Assembly: GCA_010093745.1 (NCBI GenBank)
Contig: MU005965.1
Span: 372,001-419,309 of the forward strand
Direction of reading: 5' to 3'
Origin: Piedraia hortae CBS 480.64
Taxonomy: Eukaryota
Length of the DNA: 47,309 nucleotides
Part shown: in pieces, positions 31,444 to 43,850 of the stretch
Numbering within the stretch: position 1 is the first letter of the stretch
How the letters are laid out: each line of letters opens with the position of its first letter
Notes under the pieces: generated by a model
What the model saw: the letters and a program-made list of their open reading frames with translations, nothing else
What the model was told of the DNA's origin: nothing
Database searches by the model: none
Translations under genes and position numbers: made by a program

Positions 31444-33876
31444 TTAGAAATTGACTTGGCGAGGAGAAGCAAAAGGATCATGCCTCCTGTACGTGGGGCT
31501 ATGTCCCCACAGATTCTTGTGTGCTTGTTGCTGTAGTCTATTGGCCGATGGAGATAAGATTGGAGCAGTGTCGTTGTGGTCGGCATAGCTTGAGGTTCTG
31601 AGGTGGGACGGCCGGCGAATCGCCAAATCTAAGGCAGGTCCATTGACGTTCATCGATTCTGCTCGTGGGCTGAAACCGGTGTGCAAGATTGGACTTGTGA
31701 TTTGGAGGTCCGGTGGCGGGTTTTTCCTTAGCGTATACGCCTGTCCGTTGTATCGAGCCTTGAATCCGTTGTCTTGCTCGTGAACGGAGGCTGAGGCGAA
31801 TGTCTTGCCAGAGGTCGCCTGCTCATAGGTGGGCACACTGTGCATCGCAGTATCTTGCAATTCGTAATTCTCCGCAGAAAACGACTTGCGGGGCGATGGG
31901 CGGGATAGGTACAAGTCCTCATCACCCCATTTGAGCATCAGAAACCCTGCTCTAAACAGGCCAATCAAAGCAACAACGAACCAAATCAGCAGTACGCAAG
32001 TCGAGATGATGGCTTCCTGCCGTACGGCCTTGTACAGGGCGTTGGTGACGTGGAATACGGCGTCTGAGATCTCGTTGGCAGCCGAGCCATTTGTACCTGT
32101 GCTGAGGATATCCTCTTTGGAGCCTGAGACCTTCTGAATGGCGCCGAGGCTGAACGTGTCATTGGACACCAAGGGAAAGTCGACGTGGGCATGATCGTGC
32201 ACCCATGTCAAGCCATGCTCGATGCCCTGAATCTTTAGCAATATCAAGCAGTTTAGCACGTCCAGGATGGGGTTGTACAGTATTGTCCCTCCAAAAGTCT
32301 TGTTCAGCGTGCCCACCATCTCATCCACAAACACGTTGAGTGTGTGGTTGACCGCCAACGTGGTAGTGTTGACCCAGCCAAAGACATCGTGGTTTATTCT
32401 AGTATTGGTATCGTTAATCATGCCGTTGACACCGACGGACCACTGCTGGCTAGCGTTGTTCAGCTGGAAAATCACCTTGTCTGTGAAATCAACCACTTGG
32501 TTCTCGAGCACAGGTACCTCCTTGTCTATTGACTTGAGCAGGATATACTGACACAAACAACTCAATAAGCCAGCGACGGCAAGTGATAAGACAAACAGAG
32601 CAGGCACCGTTGTGGCATAGGCGATGCTCCAACGTACAAGGGCCTTTCGCCGGGAAGACTTAAAAGGACGAGAGAGGGTAAGGCCTGCGGAGGACGTGTA
32701 AGGGCGAGAGACGAGGTAAACGGCATCCATAGGATCAACGGTTTCCGTTTGAACCAGCCTTGCCCGCTCTTTCATAAACTTGTACCTCTTGATTTCGCGC
32801 CAAGCCATTGGGACGCATGCAAGGATTGCAAGGGTGATGAGAACTCCGAGAAAAACTTTTTGGGCCAAGTGCTCAATGCTGACCAGTGCATCGAAGAAGT
32901 CGTTGACGCCGTTGTTGTCGGAGCAAAACGTTAACTGCTGCTTGTCCGGAACAGGGAAGACATCCGGATTCATCTTATAATTTGGCAGGCCTTCTCGCAG
33001 CAACTTTTTGACCTCTTCAAATGGCCATTTAATGGCGGTATCTGTGAAATTCTTAACTTCTGCAAATGTTGGAATTGACGAATTGAGCTTCTGGAGGTCG
33101 GCATCGTAGCCAGAAGGTATCTCAAGGTGATCTAGCTTGTCAATCTCGCTGGTCAGGTCAATTGTGGGCGGCTTAATATTCTTGCCGGCGAAAAATGAGG
33201 CTACTTTGTCCAAGTCCTTCAGGAAGTCGTTCATCCCATTCTCAAACACCTGTGCAGCATCACCCAGATCGTTTCCCACCGCTTTGACCGTAGTATTGAG
33301 AAAGTTTCCAACGTCTTCCGCAACGCTTAATGCAACGTGCAGGCTTCCGCTGACGGCGAGCGTGATCAGACAGACGTATGTGTTTGTCAAAAGATTGATG
33401 ATGAAGACGACGATTTCCTCTACCGCGGTGACGGACAAGAGTAGCATCTCTATGAGCCCATTAATTGCCTTCTCAATTCCATTCGCCGTCAGCTGATTCA
33501 CGCCCTGACTCATATAGTGAGGCATGCTCGCCATTGCCGAGCCAACATTCTCCACACTGGTGCACATGCTGAGAGCATGTTTTCTCGCCATGCCCAGATT
33601 ATCGTCCAAAGTAGCAATCGCAATCAAAGTTCTGACCAGAACAAGAAGCAAAAGAACGGTCCAACGATTTATCCACGTTTGTGAAAGCCTCGCTCGAAGT
33701 CCAAGGTGTGGCGTAACGTATAAATCTTGTTGTAAGGGTGGCCGTGATACATCCTGTGCAGCATAGTAGCCACGCTTCTCATGGTCGCCAGCGGAGAGGG
33801 AAGGCGGCGCAGAATTCAGGTTTTGCTGTTGGTACGTCGAGCCCATTGCAGGCAGAGTGGTGGGTACATCTGCCAT
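31444..33876 (-). CDS. PRM1: Plasma membrane fusion protein Prm1 (mating cell fusion)
   Basis: 'TPHLGLRARLSQTWINRWTVLLL', 'CTSVENVGSAMASMPHYM', 'TYVCL', 'DVFGWVNTTT', 'CLILLKIQGIEHGLTWVHDHAHVDFP', with several TM segments. First ATG at 33876. Confidence 0.94.
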   Translation of the reverse strand: MADVPTTLPAMGSTYQQQNLNSAPPSLSAGDHEKRGYYAAQDVSRPPLQQDLYVTPHLGLRARLSQTWINRWTVLLLLVLVRTLIAIATLDDNLGMARKHALSMCTSVENVGSAMASMPHYMSQGVNQLTANGIEKAINGLIEMLLLSVTAVEEIVVFIINLLTNTYVCLITLAVSGSLHVALSVAEDVGNFLNTTVKAVGNDLGDAAQVFENGMNDFLKDLDKVASFFAGKNIKPPTIDLTSEIDKLDHLEIPSGYDADLQKLNSSIPTFAEVKNFTDTAIKWPFEEVKKLLREGLPNYKMNPDVFPVPDKQQLTFCSDNNGVNDFFDALVSIEHLAQKVFLGVLITLAILACVPMAWREIKRYKFMKERARLVQTETVDPMDAVYLVSRPYTSSAGLTLSRPFKSSRRKALVRWSIAYATTVPALFVLSLAVAGLLSCLCQYILLKSIDKEVPVLENQVVDFTDKVIFQLNNASQQWSVGVNGMINDTNTRINHDVFGWVNTTTLAVNHTLNVFVDEMVGTLNKTFGGTILYNPILDVLNCLILLKIQGIEHGLTWVHDHAHVDFPLVSNDTFSLGAIQKVSGSKEDILSTGTNGSAANEISDAVFHVTNALYKAVRQEAIISTCVLLIWFVVALIGLFRAGFLMLKWGDEDLYLSRPSPRKSFSAENYELQDTAMHSVPTYEQATSGKTFASASVHEQDNGFKARYNGQAYTLRKNPPPDLQITSPILHTGFSPRAESMNVNGPALDLAIRRPSHLRTSSYADHNDTAPILSPSANRLQQQAHKNLWGHSPTYRRHDPFASPRQVNF

Positions 33877-34074
33877 GGAAGATTGGAGTATTAGAAACGT
33901 TTCTTCGTTAAGCACATGCCAACCAGCGGCGATAGGTCAGGGTCAATAACGATTTGAACCGTGAACAGAAATAAAAAAACTGCAGGTGAGAGAAAGCATT
34001 ACACGTGCATGTCAAGTTTGACGGAAAAGAAAACCAAAGTGGAAGACAATGAATGGGGAAACTTCAACAGATGC

Positions 34075-34084
34075 ATCAAAGAAA
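34075..34084 (-). promoter_or_regulatory. TR-box-like HMG site TTTCTTTGAT upstream of PRM1
   Basis: ATCAAAGAAA on the plus strand, 199 bp upstream of the PRM1 ATG; 9/10 match to the TR-box. Confidence 0.45.
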
Positions 34085-37000
34085 TAGAACAGCAACACAC
34101 CTTTGTCTGGACATGGCTCATATCCATCTTGACTGAAGGGCGCCTAAACCTTCACTGGCCAATCACAGACGGCCGACGCACGGACCGTCGTTAGGCGCGC
34201 GCAAAGAAACAGCGCGTGTTCTGTGAATCACACATCTTGTGTATAGGTATAGGCGACTGATTATAGCACTGGCGCTTAGCGGATACTTTTTTCGTTGAAC
34301 GGTTCGCAACCGGCCCCGCTGGTCCAAACTTCGTCCACGCCGTCATAGGCCCTTCGGTGTTGTCGCAACCTTACCTGTCGTCGCACGCCGGCTCTTAGAT
34401 GTATTAGTATGGCCATCGGACACGCCTTTCCCTCCCCGACTCGAGTCGAGGAGGGAGGGCGTGTTGTGGTTTTGGGAAGAGATTTTTGCCGCCCAGGGGC
34501 GTTATGGCGCGGCGCCACCACGTGTTGCTGCATGCGCACCTGAGTCGTGTAATGCTGAAAAGGATGTCATTGTGCTTCCTTGCAGCACTTGTCCACCACT
34601 CGCTGACGATGAGCGCCTGATCTGCATACCGATTAATTAAGATCGGCCTTACCGCGGACCTATTTCTGCATGACGACATCGGCTTCACAAATGAGGATCA
34701 GGGACTCACCGCTATGTAGTACAGGCAACCCTCGGTCCAAGACTTCTAAAATGCGCTGCAAATGCACCAGAAATCTTGACCATGCGATTCAATCCCTGCA
34801 AACAGAAGGAACAACCAAACATGGGTATCGAATTGCGCGAATGGGAATGGTAAAGCATCGAAAGTTACTTTCCCCTTTCGACTGAAACTTGATGGAGATG
34901 TCTTAATACACCAAATAATCTCCTGGTCTAGTGAACGAGATGATTCCATGCGTAAAATCAACTTTTGTATCAAAAGCATAATCGAGTTCCCGAAGATTTC
35001 ATACAGTAAGGTTACCGTGAATGTGCAAGTACTGATACTCTACCTGGTTAACTCGTGGCACCATCGCTCGAGACCTTTTAAAGTGGATTGTAAGGGCTAA
35101 CTGTGGGGTGGGACCACCCTTGCACAATGTTTACTGTAGGGCCTTGGCGACTTTCAAGCCAAACTAGGTGATTGACAAACTCGGGAAAGCTGTCTAGCGG
35201 ACTCTTCAGGTGCCCGTATACCCAGCGGTCAACGGTCCCTTTCCAGCTGGTGTTTTTGGCGGTTATCACAACGAGAGTGACGTTCTGATAATCCTTGTTC
35301 AAGCGTGCGGCCAGCGTGAACGTGGAGAATCCCGTCCTTGCGAATGTGCCTATGTGGAAACACCTTGGAAGCTAGACTTGTGTTAGCAGAGCTTCAGTGC
35401 TCAGACGGGTGATTACGTACCTTCTCCGTCACTGAGACCATATAAACAATATCAGAGTGGGCCAGAGGTTGGATTGAAGTTCTGCTGAATAAGAGGTGCC
35501 CCCATGTTGAAGGCGCTGTGTGAGAGGCTATGGCGCACCGGTGTTTCGAGAAGCTACGAGAATTGGAAAAAAACAGGACCCAATAATGATGACATAACGA
35601 TAGCGCAGAGCGCCAGAAATGGAGAGGGCTTCCAATTGCCTGCCGAAAAAACTGCGGACTGCTCATCACAAATTCCTCCGGACCACGGGTACGATCCGGC
35701 AGCTGGGTTGGAAAGGGCGCTCTCCTCTGCGAGATCATGACAGGTTGTTGCTTTCCAAAATGGCAGGTATTGGAAGGAGAATAATTTCGGGAACGCCGAA
35801 AAATGATAGTGGAGTGGGCTAGAGTTTGTGATGAGATCATGCTGGCCGGGGCAAGCCAAAGACGTACGGCTCGGTGTCGTCATGATATCGGTGCTGCCAT
35901 TCGGAAGTCCCATCTGGACGTTCATTCTTGAAGATATCGTTTGAGGTCTAGGGTCGCTGTCATGTATTTAGCAGATCACTCGAAACAGTAATACATCTTC
36001 CCATTACAAGTCGAAGCAGCATACTTTTCCGCCAAACCGTATCTTATTCTCGTTAAAGGCAGCTGTGCGCAAAACGTAGCGCAATTGTACCACAATTGAT
36101 GATCAGGACAATTTATTGCGTTTTAGCAAGATGAGTGCACCACAAGTCCTGCCGCAATTGATTTCCACCAGTGGCATAGTATACGTTGAGCGGTGGACTC
36201 TGATTCAGAGAGCATGCAAATTCAAATTTGAGCCTGACTCTCGTGCGGCCATTTTTCATGACAATTATAACATGGTGTAGCGAATGGCAGATAGAGTATA
36301 CCCTGCGCATTCTTGCGCGAGACACTTGATTGAATCTTCTTATGGTCTGAAGAGACGGCCTAGAGCTGGGAACACATGGGATGATTTAAAGGACCAGGAA
36401 AAATAAACCGCTGACTATCACTTGGCTTAATGATAGGTGTAAACTGATTAGAGAAGACAAGTTGGACAGCAGGGTATAAAGATGCTGCGTAAGGCCACTG
36501 TATGACTCTGGGTGTATCGCATAGGATCGGGCCTATCTGGGATAGTTGTCTGTGACGATGTAAACGATGTATTTTGGTTAATTAACAGTGTCTACTCAAC
36601 CCACCACTGTGAGCCTAGTGAGTCTTCGCAGTGACGAAGCGGGGATATCGGTCTAGTGAACCGGACCCCATTCCCAACCCCGGTTGTCTTGAGTGCACTC
36701 ACCATGCTCATGTTAGAAAATCAGTAGCTGCCGGTTAGGGTCTTGGGAAAGTCACCCTCATCTTCTTTCTCTTGTTATTGATATAACATCCTCCTCGCTA
36801 TAGCATTCTCGTCGATAAAACATCGCTCAACAAGTAAGAAGCTCTCTCGTGCACCTCTCAGCCTAACAACAAGCAGTCACGATGTCCAATTTTCTGGCCC
36901 TTTTTCCCCTTTGTGTACAAGGGCTCGCCAGAGACAGGCCCTCTGGTAATGAGTCTGAAGACAGCGAGTATGAGTGTCGCCGTCGCGATACTCGTCGCCG

Positions 37001-38841
37001 CGAGCTCCGCGAACGGTAACGAAACTCCCTAGGTTGACGATGAGTTGGCTAATACCATTCGCAGGCATCGCTTCCGCGAGTACTAATGGCGACGACACCG
37101 TGGTAGTGAACGCTATTCCATGATGGCCTGGTCGCGTTCTCCAGCTCAAAGCTTGGTCTGACTTCCACGAATAGGTCAATGGTACATTCATCAGTGCCAC
37201 AGTCGTCAGGAGAGTGCCTCCGTCGTGGTAGTCTATTTAAGTACGTGGTATTGTTGTGTCGTGTAGAGTCTGCCCAAGGTAGCCAGTCTTCCTTGCAGCC
37301 ACGAGATCCCTTTCGTAGAATTTCCATCAATCAAACGCCCCACCGTTACTTCCCATTCCCAACTTGAGAATCAGAAAACCCGCATTTCAGGGACCTACCA
37401 GGTGTTGAAATTAAAACAAGTTTTCGCATGTAAATGAGATGTCCTCGCACGACCGTTGATGAAAAACCTGTGACGACGGAGGGTAGACTCTAAACAGAAG
37501 ATTGAAAGGTGACCGAAAGAACTCCCCATATCTAATGCTGGTCCGTCCCTCTACAAGGGAGGGACTGCAAGACCATCAAACACACACAGACAAAAAGGCC
37601 GCGTCAAACAACAGGGCCAAACGAACCACTATAAACCATGCTGAAAAAAACCGCCACTAGGCAATTGTCTGCAACAAATGTCGAACGACAGGGGCAATCA
37701 TTTGAATTCCAGAGGTCAAATGATAGGTGCACACGCGGACAAGCTCTCCGCCCCTGGTGTAGCAGTTTCAGTGCCCCTGACGTCAAAGTCTGATGATACT
37801 GACCAGTCTCGAGTGATCAATACATCGTGCGGTACATCTTAATGCCTTACAGGCCAAGGCCCAGCAACCCAAGGTTGTCAGAGTGTCTAGCCAGCAGTTG
37901 AGTCTGTAAGATGTGGCGTATCTTCCATTATGTTCTAATAAGCAGCGGCACCTCACAGGTATGTCAGTATACACGCGTATCTAGAGCTACAAGAAAATTT
38001 CTGAGTACTCGAACCGTAGTCAGGGATGTGGGTCATCACCCGAGGATTGCTCCGTGGCGAACTGCACAACACATTAGTCAAATAAACTTTAGCCTTGAAA
38101 TGTTGTTCAACCTCGTGCCACAAGCGGAGAAAAAAAATATCTTGTATTGGGCTGCCAACTCTTGAACCACTGGAGCCTCCCTAGTGCCAGTGTGCTCAGC
38201 TAGCTGCCACGTCGCGTGCCCGTAGAGTAACTCTGCTTTTCTTCAGACGCATGGAAGATCTTCTGATTTGAGTCCCCCTTGTCGGCGCTTCTCCATCGAC
38301 GCTGGAGGCGCATGCTTACACGGCCGATTGCGCCAAGGTTTTGGAGGTGACGTACAGTCTTAATCATTCATTCACCGTGTGCCAAAAGGTCGCGTATGAG
38401 GGCACTGACGAGTTGCAGTGCATTCGCACATGAAGAATGACCAGCCACGCTTAAACTATGAATGAGCGATTGGAAAAAAGTCTTGATGGTTCTCAAGAGC
38501 GGCTTCGATGGCTGGAAAGCCAATGAGTCCCTGATTGTTCACTTCTGATGGCTTGCGGTTCCTCCCCCTCTTCCTCATCCCCTTCATCCTCCTCTGCTCC
38601 TCCCTCTGATCCTTGAAAAGCAGATGGTATGTGCGAATGAGAACGATGTATGGAGAGTAGAGATGTGTGTAGAAGTGAATACAAGTGTATTTACGAGGGG
38701 ACATCAGAGAATATGTTCTGGGCTGGAAGGCCCGGTGTAGCCTCGTATGAAGAGTCATCAATCGTATGACCGTAAGCAAGTGGTCACACATGCAGTAAGA
38801 CCGTCAGCATGTAGTCTTACTCCATGACTCACCTCAAACAG

Positions 38842-38940
38842 TAGCAGGGCGCATTCACCATGTCGCATGCGACATGACCCTAAGGGAAACCTCTGTGAGG
38901 ACAAAACCTAGGGTGCAGCTGCTGGTGTAGGAGGTGTCGC
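38842..38940 (-). repeat. Internal fragment of a family A LTR
   Basis: TAGCAGGGCGCATTCACCA...AAAACCTAGGGTGCAGCTG...GTAGGAGGT matches ~19508-19607. Confidence 0.8.
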
Positions 38941-40194
38941 GTAGTGGCATCGTACCCTCATAGCAACGAAGTTTCATGCCAACGCCCCTCCCTCCTCTCC
39001 CATCCTTCCCGCTGTGCCTCCCATTAACCTCCGCCTCCCTCCGCCCAATCTCTCTAACAAATCATTCTCATCCATCCGACGCCAGCACTCGCCATATCCC
39101 ATCCCTCCCAGCGCGAAGGCTGAGATCACTGAAGACCCCACCATGCAATCCTTACATCACTGCGGGCCTTGTAGGTGGGCCGGTAGTGGCAGTCGACGGG
39201 GTTGTGCATCCACTCCACGTTCCCCTCTTCCTCTCCCCGAGCAATGTATCCTACCAGCGGCAATCCTCGCCGCCATATCAGGAGAGTCACACTGCCAGAC
39301 TGTTCGGATGTCATACGATGACTTTCCAGACTCAGAGTCTGTCCTCAAGACCAATCATATGACCTCAATGTGACGTCCAAAATACGTCACTAAATCAAAC
39401 GCCTCAAGGACGTCAGCTTGGACGTCACATGACATCTTCCCAGGCTCAGAATCCGTGTGTCTGACCGATTTTTGGACATCAATTTGACGCCCGAAACGGC
39501 CCTAAACCAGAAATCGTAAGAACGTCAGAATTTTGCATCAAAATGATGCAGAACGGACGTGATAGAAACCCAATGAACGATGTCGAAAGGACGTTCCCTT
39601 TGCTACAGCCGATTTTACCTAATACAACGACTCAGGTCGTCTAATACCTCTTCCCTCCAGCCATCCACATCTTTTCATCCTCACCCTCGTGGGCATCTCC
39701 TTCTTCTGCTCCTCCGTATAGATCCAGTAGCGGGTCGACCGGGACCAGTGCACCACCGGCGTCCTTTACCTTTTCCCACCCCCACTTGTCGATGTCGTCG
39801 TCCAGCATCATAGCTCTTTAACTGTTAGCAAGATAGGAAAATGCCCTGCAATCCATTGCCAGCTTACCGGACGTCCTCTGGCAGGCGCTGGTAGGCTTTG
39901 TGGGCCGCCAAAAAGAAATTTTGCTGCGCACCCTGACAGGCAACACTGGTCGGCTCGACCCCAGAACTGCACGGGCCGGCCCGTTTGTCTGGAGTTGATG
40001 CCTCGGAATCCCCAATAACTCTCCTTGATTACCTTTCTTAACGGCCCTGCCTGTAGCCCCTACTCCGAAAATAACAATTCGAACAGATTGGGCTTCAATA
40101 CGCTCCCGCTACGCAAATAAATTTCCATAGAGCGGAAAAAAACCATTCACTCGTCCTAAATACAATACCTACTATATGTCTGATAACTGTTTAT

Positions 40195-43100
40195 GTTACC
40201 CTGACAGTGATTGCAAAGACATGCGGAATACTAAACTCACCAAGCCTATAATGTCGTTGGCGGATCATTTCAGCTCAAAGCATCATCAAGATCGTAGGAG
40301 AGCATTAGAAGAAGTAGGCAACCCTCGCTTCGAAGCAGTTGTGGCATTTGAGCAAAACATAATGCTCAATCATCTATCGCAAGGCTGCAGTTGCGTCCAA
40401 GGAAGAGAAGAGTAGCCGGGACTGATCTGGAACCACAAATTCCTGATCGTTCCGATGCTGTTGAGCCTCATTATGAGAATGATCCCTTGCCATCACTATA
40501 ATCGGATCCGATCACCACATATACCCCAAGCTCAATCAGCCAAGAAGAAGCAACAGTGGTCGTTGCTGATCAAGCGTCAGAATTGGCTGAATCGTCTGAA
40601 GAAGAGCTTGGTGATGAGCTTCTATTCATGGGTTCAGATTTTGAGCAGAGCGACGATGAGACTGAAAATTAGAGTGAGTGGAGCCAAGAGGCCGAGCAAT
40701 TCGATGCAGAGGACGCCGAAGTTCACCATTCCCAATCTTCTCGTGGCTTAGTCACGCCTCCTGATTTAATGGCAGTTGAGTCTCTGTAAGCCCTTTCAGC
40801 CCCTTCGAATCCAAAGTTGATTTTCTGCTAGACGGCTTATTTCACTCTGGAGAACAGCCTCTAAGTGAGCAATTGATGGAGTCAGTTTTGTTTCTCTGTA
40901 AGGAGTTGCTAGAGAAGCCACGGCCGGTCAAGGTACCAACGCTTGCTAGGCTTAAGAAATACCGGAAGGTGATGCCTCATCCCAAGATGAAGAGACGGGA
41001 GAATCTCAACGGATATCCATTTTACCAGCTGGACACAGCCGATCTTCTCAGAATGGAGGCCTGTAAGCCTGGCTTTGATGTGGTGCAACGTCCTGAAGTG
41101 TTGGTTGACGAACAGACGGCGCCTACTGTTACGGCGAGGCTGTGTGTGCGCGGGACGACCCGCGCCGCCTAAGCGCACAGGGAATTTGATGCACCGACGC
41201 GCACTGCTAGCTATTTATAGCTACGCTCGCTACCACGCGCCGTATGGACGACGCTTCTGGACTGGTTTATGGTATCCTAGCTTCCCAGTAAATAGGAGTT
41301 TGGATTGTCCTCGTTGTTGAGACTTATTGAACCTTTTCCTCTGAGTACCGTAACACCTACCAGGTCCAATGCAATGAGCGAGCTTTGGCATGCTGACAAG
41401 TGGAGATGGGAACTCCACCTCCAACGTCCTATGGAAACGGTTGAAATCAGGGGAATCATCAAAGACATCTGGCTTGGGACGTTCTCCAGCTGGAAGCGCA
41501 ATTATCTCGGCACGCTTTATTTTACGGGAGCGAAGTTCAGACATCTCAAGATGGAAGTAGACAGGTTATCAGAGCGATTCCAACCGCAGGGGGTTGCCAA
41601 GAATCCATCCAGACGGTCCTTTTCCTCGAGCAAAGCGACATAGTGGAGGCCTATCCCGGCAAAGACTTCAAGGAGAGCCTCCCCGTTCGGATTTCGAGAA
41701 TATTCCTGCTCGGCCGCATCCTGTTCGGGATCTGGCTACAAAAGAAATTTGGAGGTCATGCAAGTCGCCATCAACTTTCGGAACGATGGTGTGAAAACAG
41801 TCCAGAGTTCCAAGTGAAACGCCTTGGAGGCTTGGATAATCAATTTGGCCAGGAGACCACGTAAAGTGGGGTGAACCGTTGATCGGATATAGTGAGCCTT
41901 AACTAGGAATCGATAGGAAAACTTAAAAAATCAACGTACCTGTTCCTTGCCGTAGACCACTGCATGCCCACTAAATCTATGATCACGTCTCTTGTCGAAG
42001 AGCTCCGTGGGCTCAAGCAGGGTATCCTTGCATTTGAACCCGAGAACCTCACTAAGCTGATCATCACGGGGGCAGTGAACATGGGTCTTACGGACAACAT
42101 GGCCGCATTAGAGCTTTTCTTCCACTCTTTGAGTGCCAACCACCCATGCCGAGCTTGTTTGTGGCAGTGGCGTAAGACAGAGGTGGCAAGACATAACGGT
42201 CACAACTCATTTGAGGAATTCACAGTACACTAAGGGGTGGGCCGGAACGCTCAATATATACGATCCTCCGACTTCCTTTTACGATCTTAAGGGTTTCAAT
42301 CCTCATCTCGACTTCCCTTACGACACCCTACATGATGCATGTTGGATTCAAGCATCGCCGCTAGCGCGTATGCGGGGCACTTGCATAGCAAGTCAGCAAT
42401 ACCTCCTACACTACCAGCTGCACCCTAGATTTTTCCCTCAAAGAGGTTTTCCCTCAGAGTCATGTCATATGTGACATGGCAAATGCGCCCTGCTAGTGTA
42501 CGACGTGACGTCACCGGCCCACCGGTACAGAATTTTCATTCTGACGTCCCCTTATAGAGATAGATAGTCATTTTTCACACTGTCATATCGACACTGGTAT
42601 TGCTTCAGATACATCTACATCTGTCCTGTCCCTAATTACGTCTATCGCTCCGTCCTCTTTGGATCACTGCGCACTCTCACCCACGGGAGCCAAATTTCTA
42701 CAATGCACACCTTGGCTTTATCAAAAGCCTCTATGATGCAAAAAAGGATCGACAATCCGTCCGGGACGACCTTGAAGATCTTGCCCATCTTCTTCATTTC
42801 CTCAACCAGGATGGTTTTAATACCTTCCTCACAGTGGATCAGATCACCAAGGGAAGCGGAGGCTTCCAAGGAGACGAACATGGACGTCTGGTGCAGCTAT
42901 GGCCTGTCACTCTCGTCTGCTACTACGCCCACAAGATAGCCTTGCCAGACGAGATAGAAAAGCTGTTGCACCTGTGGTGTGCTGCAGCTGGGGTAGCCAA
43001 GCTGCTTTACAGAACTACCATCGATGATGTCTGAAGTGGTGCGAAGAATTGACCTCCGAGAGACAAAAGATGCTTCGACTGTGGGCGGAGATATGGGGCG

Positions 43101-43850
43101 TTGAGAGCTTCCGGAAGGTCAGGCTTCACAACTTTTTACATCTGCCGATGTGGGTGAAACAGTTTGGTCCCTCTATCGGTGGCTCGACGCAAATCCCCGA
43201 CTCGATCAACAAGCACCTGCGACGCCGGATGCAACACACCAATTGGCGTGCGGTTTCACGCGATGTTAATATTTGCACTAACATGAGCTAGGATTTCACC
43301 GCACTTGTTTGGGTGTGTGGTACTGCGTGGAGAACGGTTACATGGCCCACCCAAGAGATGCTCTGGTGGGGGTTATGCCACAGGCCTGAAATCAGAAAAC
43401 TTTTTGGGCTTGAAGACGAGACACTCCGCGTCTCGAGTGGCCTGGCTGAGCGTAAGGGCATTGTTCTCCCCTTGCTACATTCCAGCCTGGTGCAGACTTA
43501 CGCTCTGAGGTGGAATTAAGGCGAATATTCCTCGTACGGTAGACTCAGTGGCCCCATTGCCTGTAAGGTCCAATCTTTCGAGGGCCTCTCGACCTCATAT
43601 GCCATCTACCGATTGAACTTCCTTCTTCGCAAGAATTATCCCAGGCTTAATGTGGCGCTGCTGCAGAAACTGGCCTTTACAGAGCCTCGGACCGTGGGCG
43701 AAGAAGTTTGTCAGGATGCAGGCTTCGATTTACTGGGGGCGACAAATAATCACATCGTCGTGTCAACAGAAGACCTCGAAACTGTGTTCAGCGTACAGCA
43801 TCTGTGTGATCGCGGCAGCGGCATGGTGGAGTCTACCTCGGCACGTTAAA
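40195..43850 (+). pseudogene. Degenerate DDE transposase of the CMC/Plavaka-like type
   Basis: Fragments in order: 'DCKD...LADHFSSKHH' (Zn-finger-like), 'SELWHADKW', 'GLTDNMAALE...HPCRAC', 'DFPYDTLHDA|HLGFIK', 'KVRLHNFLHLPMWVKQFGP...SINKHLR...HTNWRAVSRDV'. Many stops and frameshifts; boundaries approximate. Confidence 0.78.
42340..42702 (+). mobile_element. Solo LTR, family A (363 bp), nested in the transposase gene
   Basis: TG...CA termini with a perfect 5-bp TSD ATGCA (42335-39 / 42703-07). Confidence 0.93.

Noticed and set aside
34700..36350. Possible decayed gene on the minus strand
   Set aside because: Only short broken frames with no recognisable motif; cannot be supported without a homology search.
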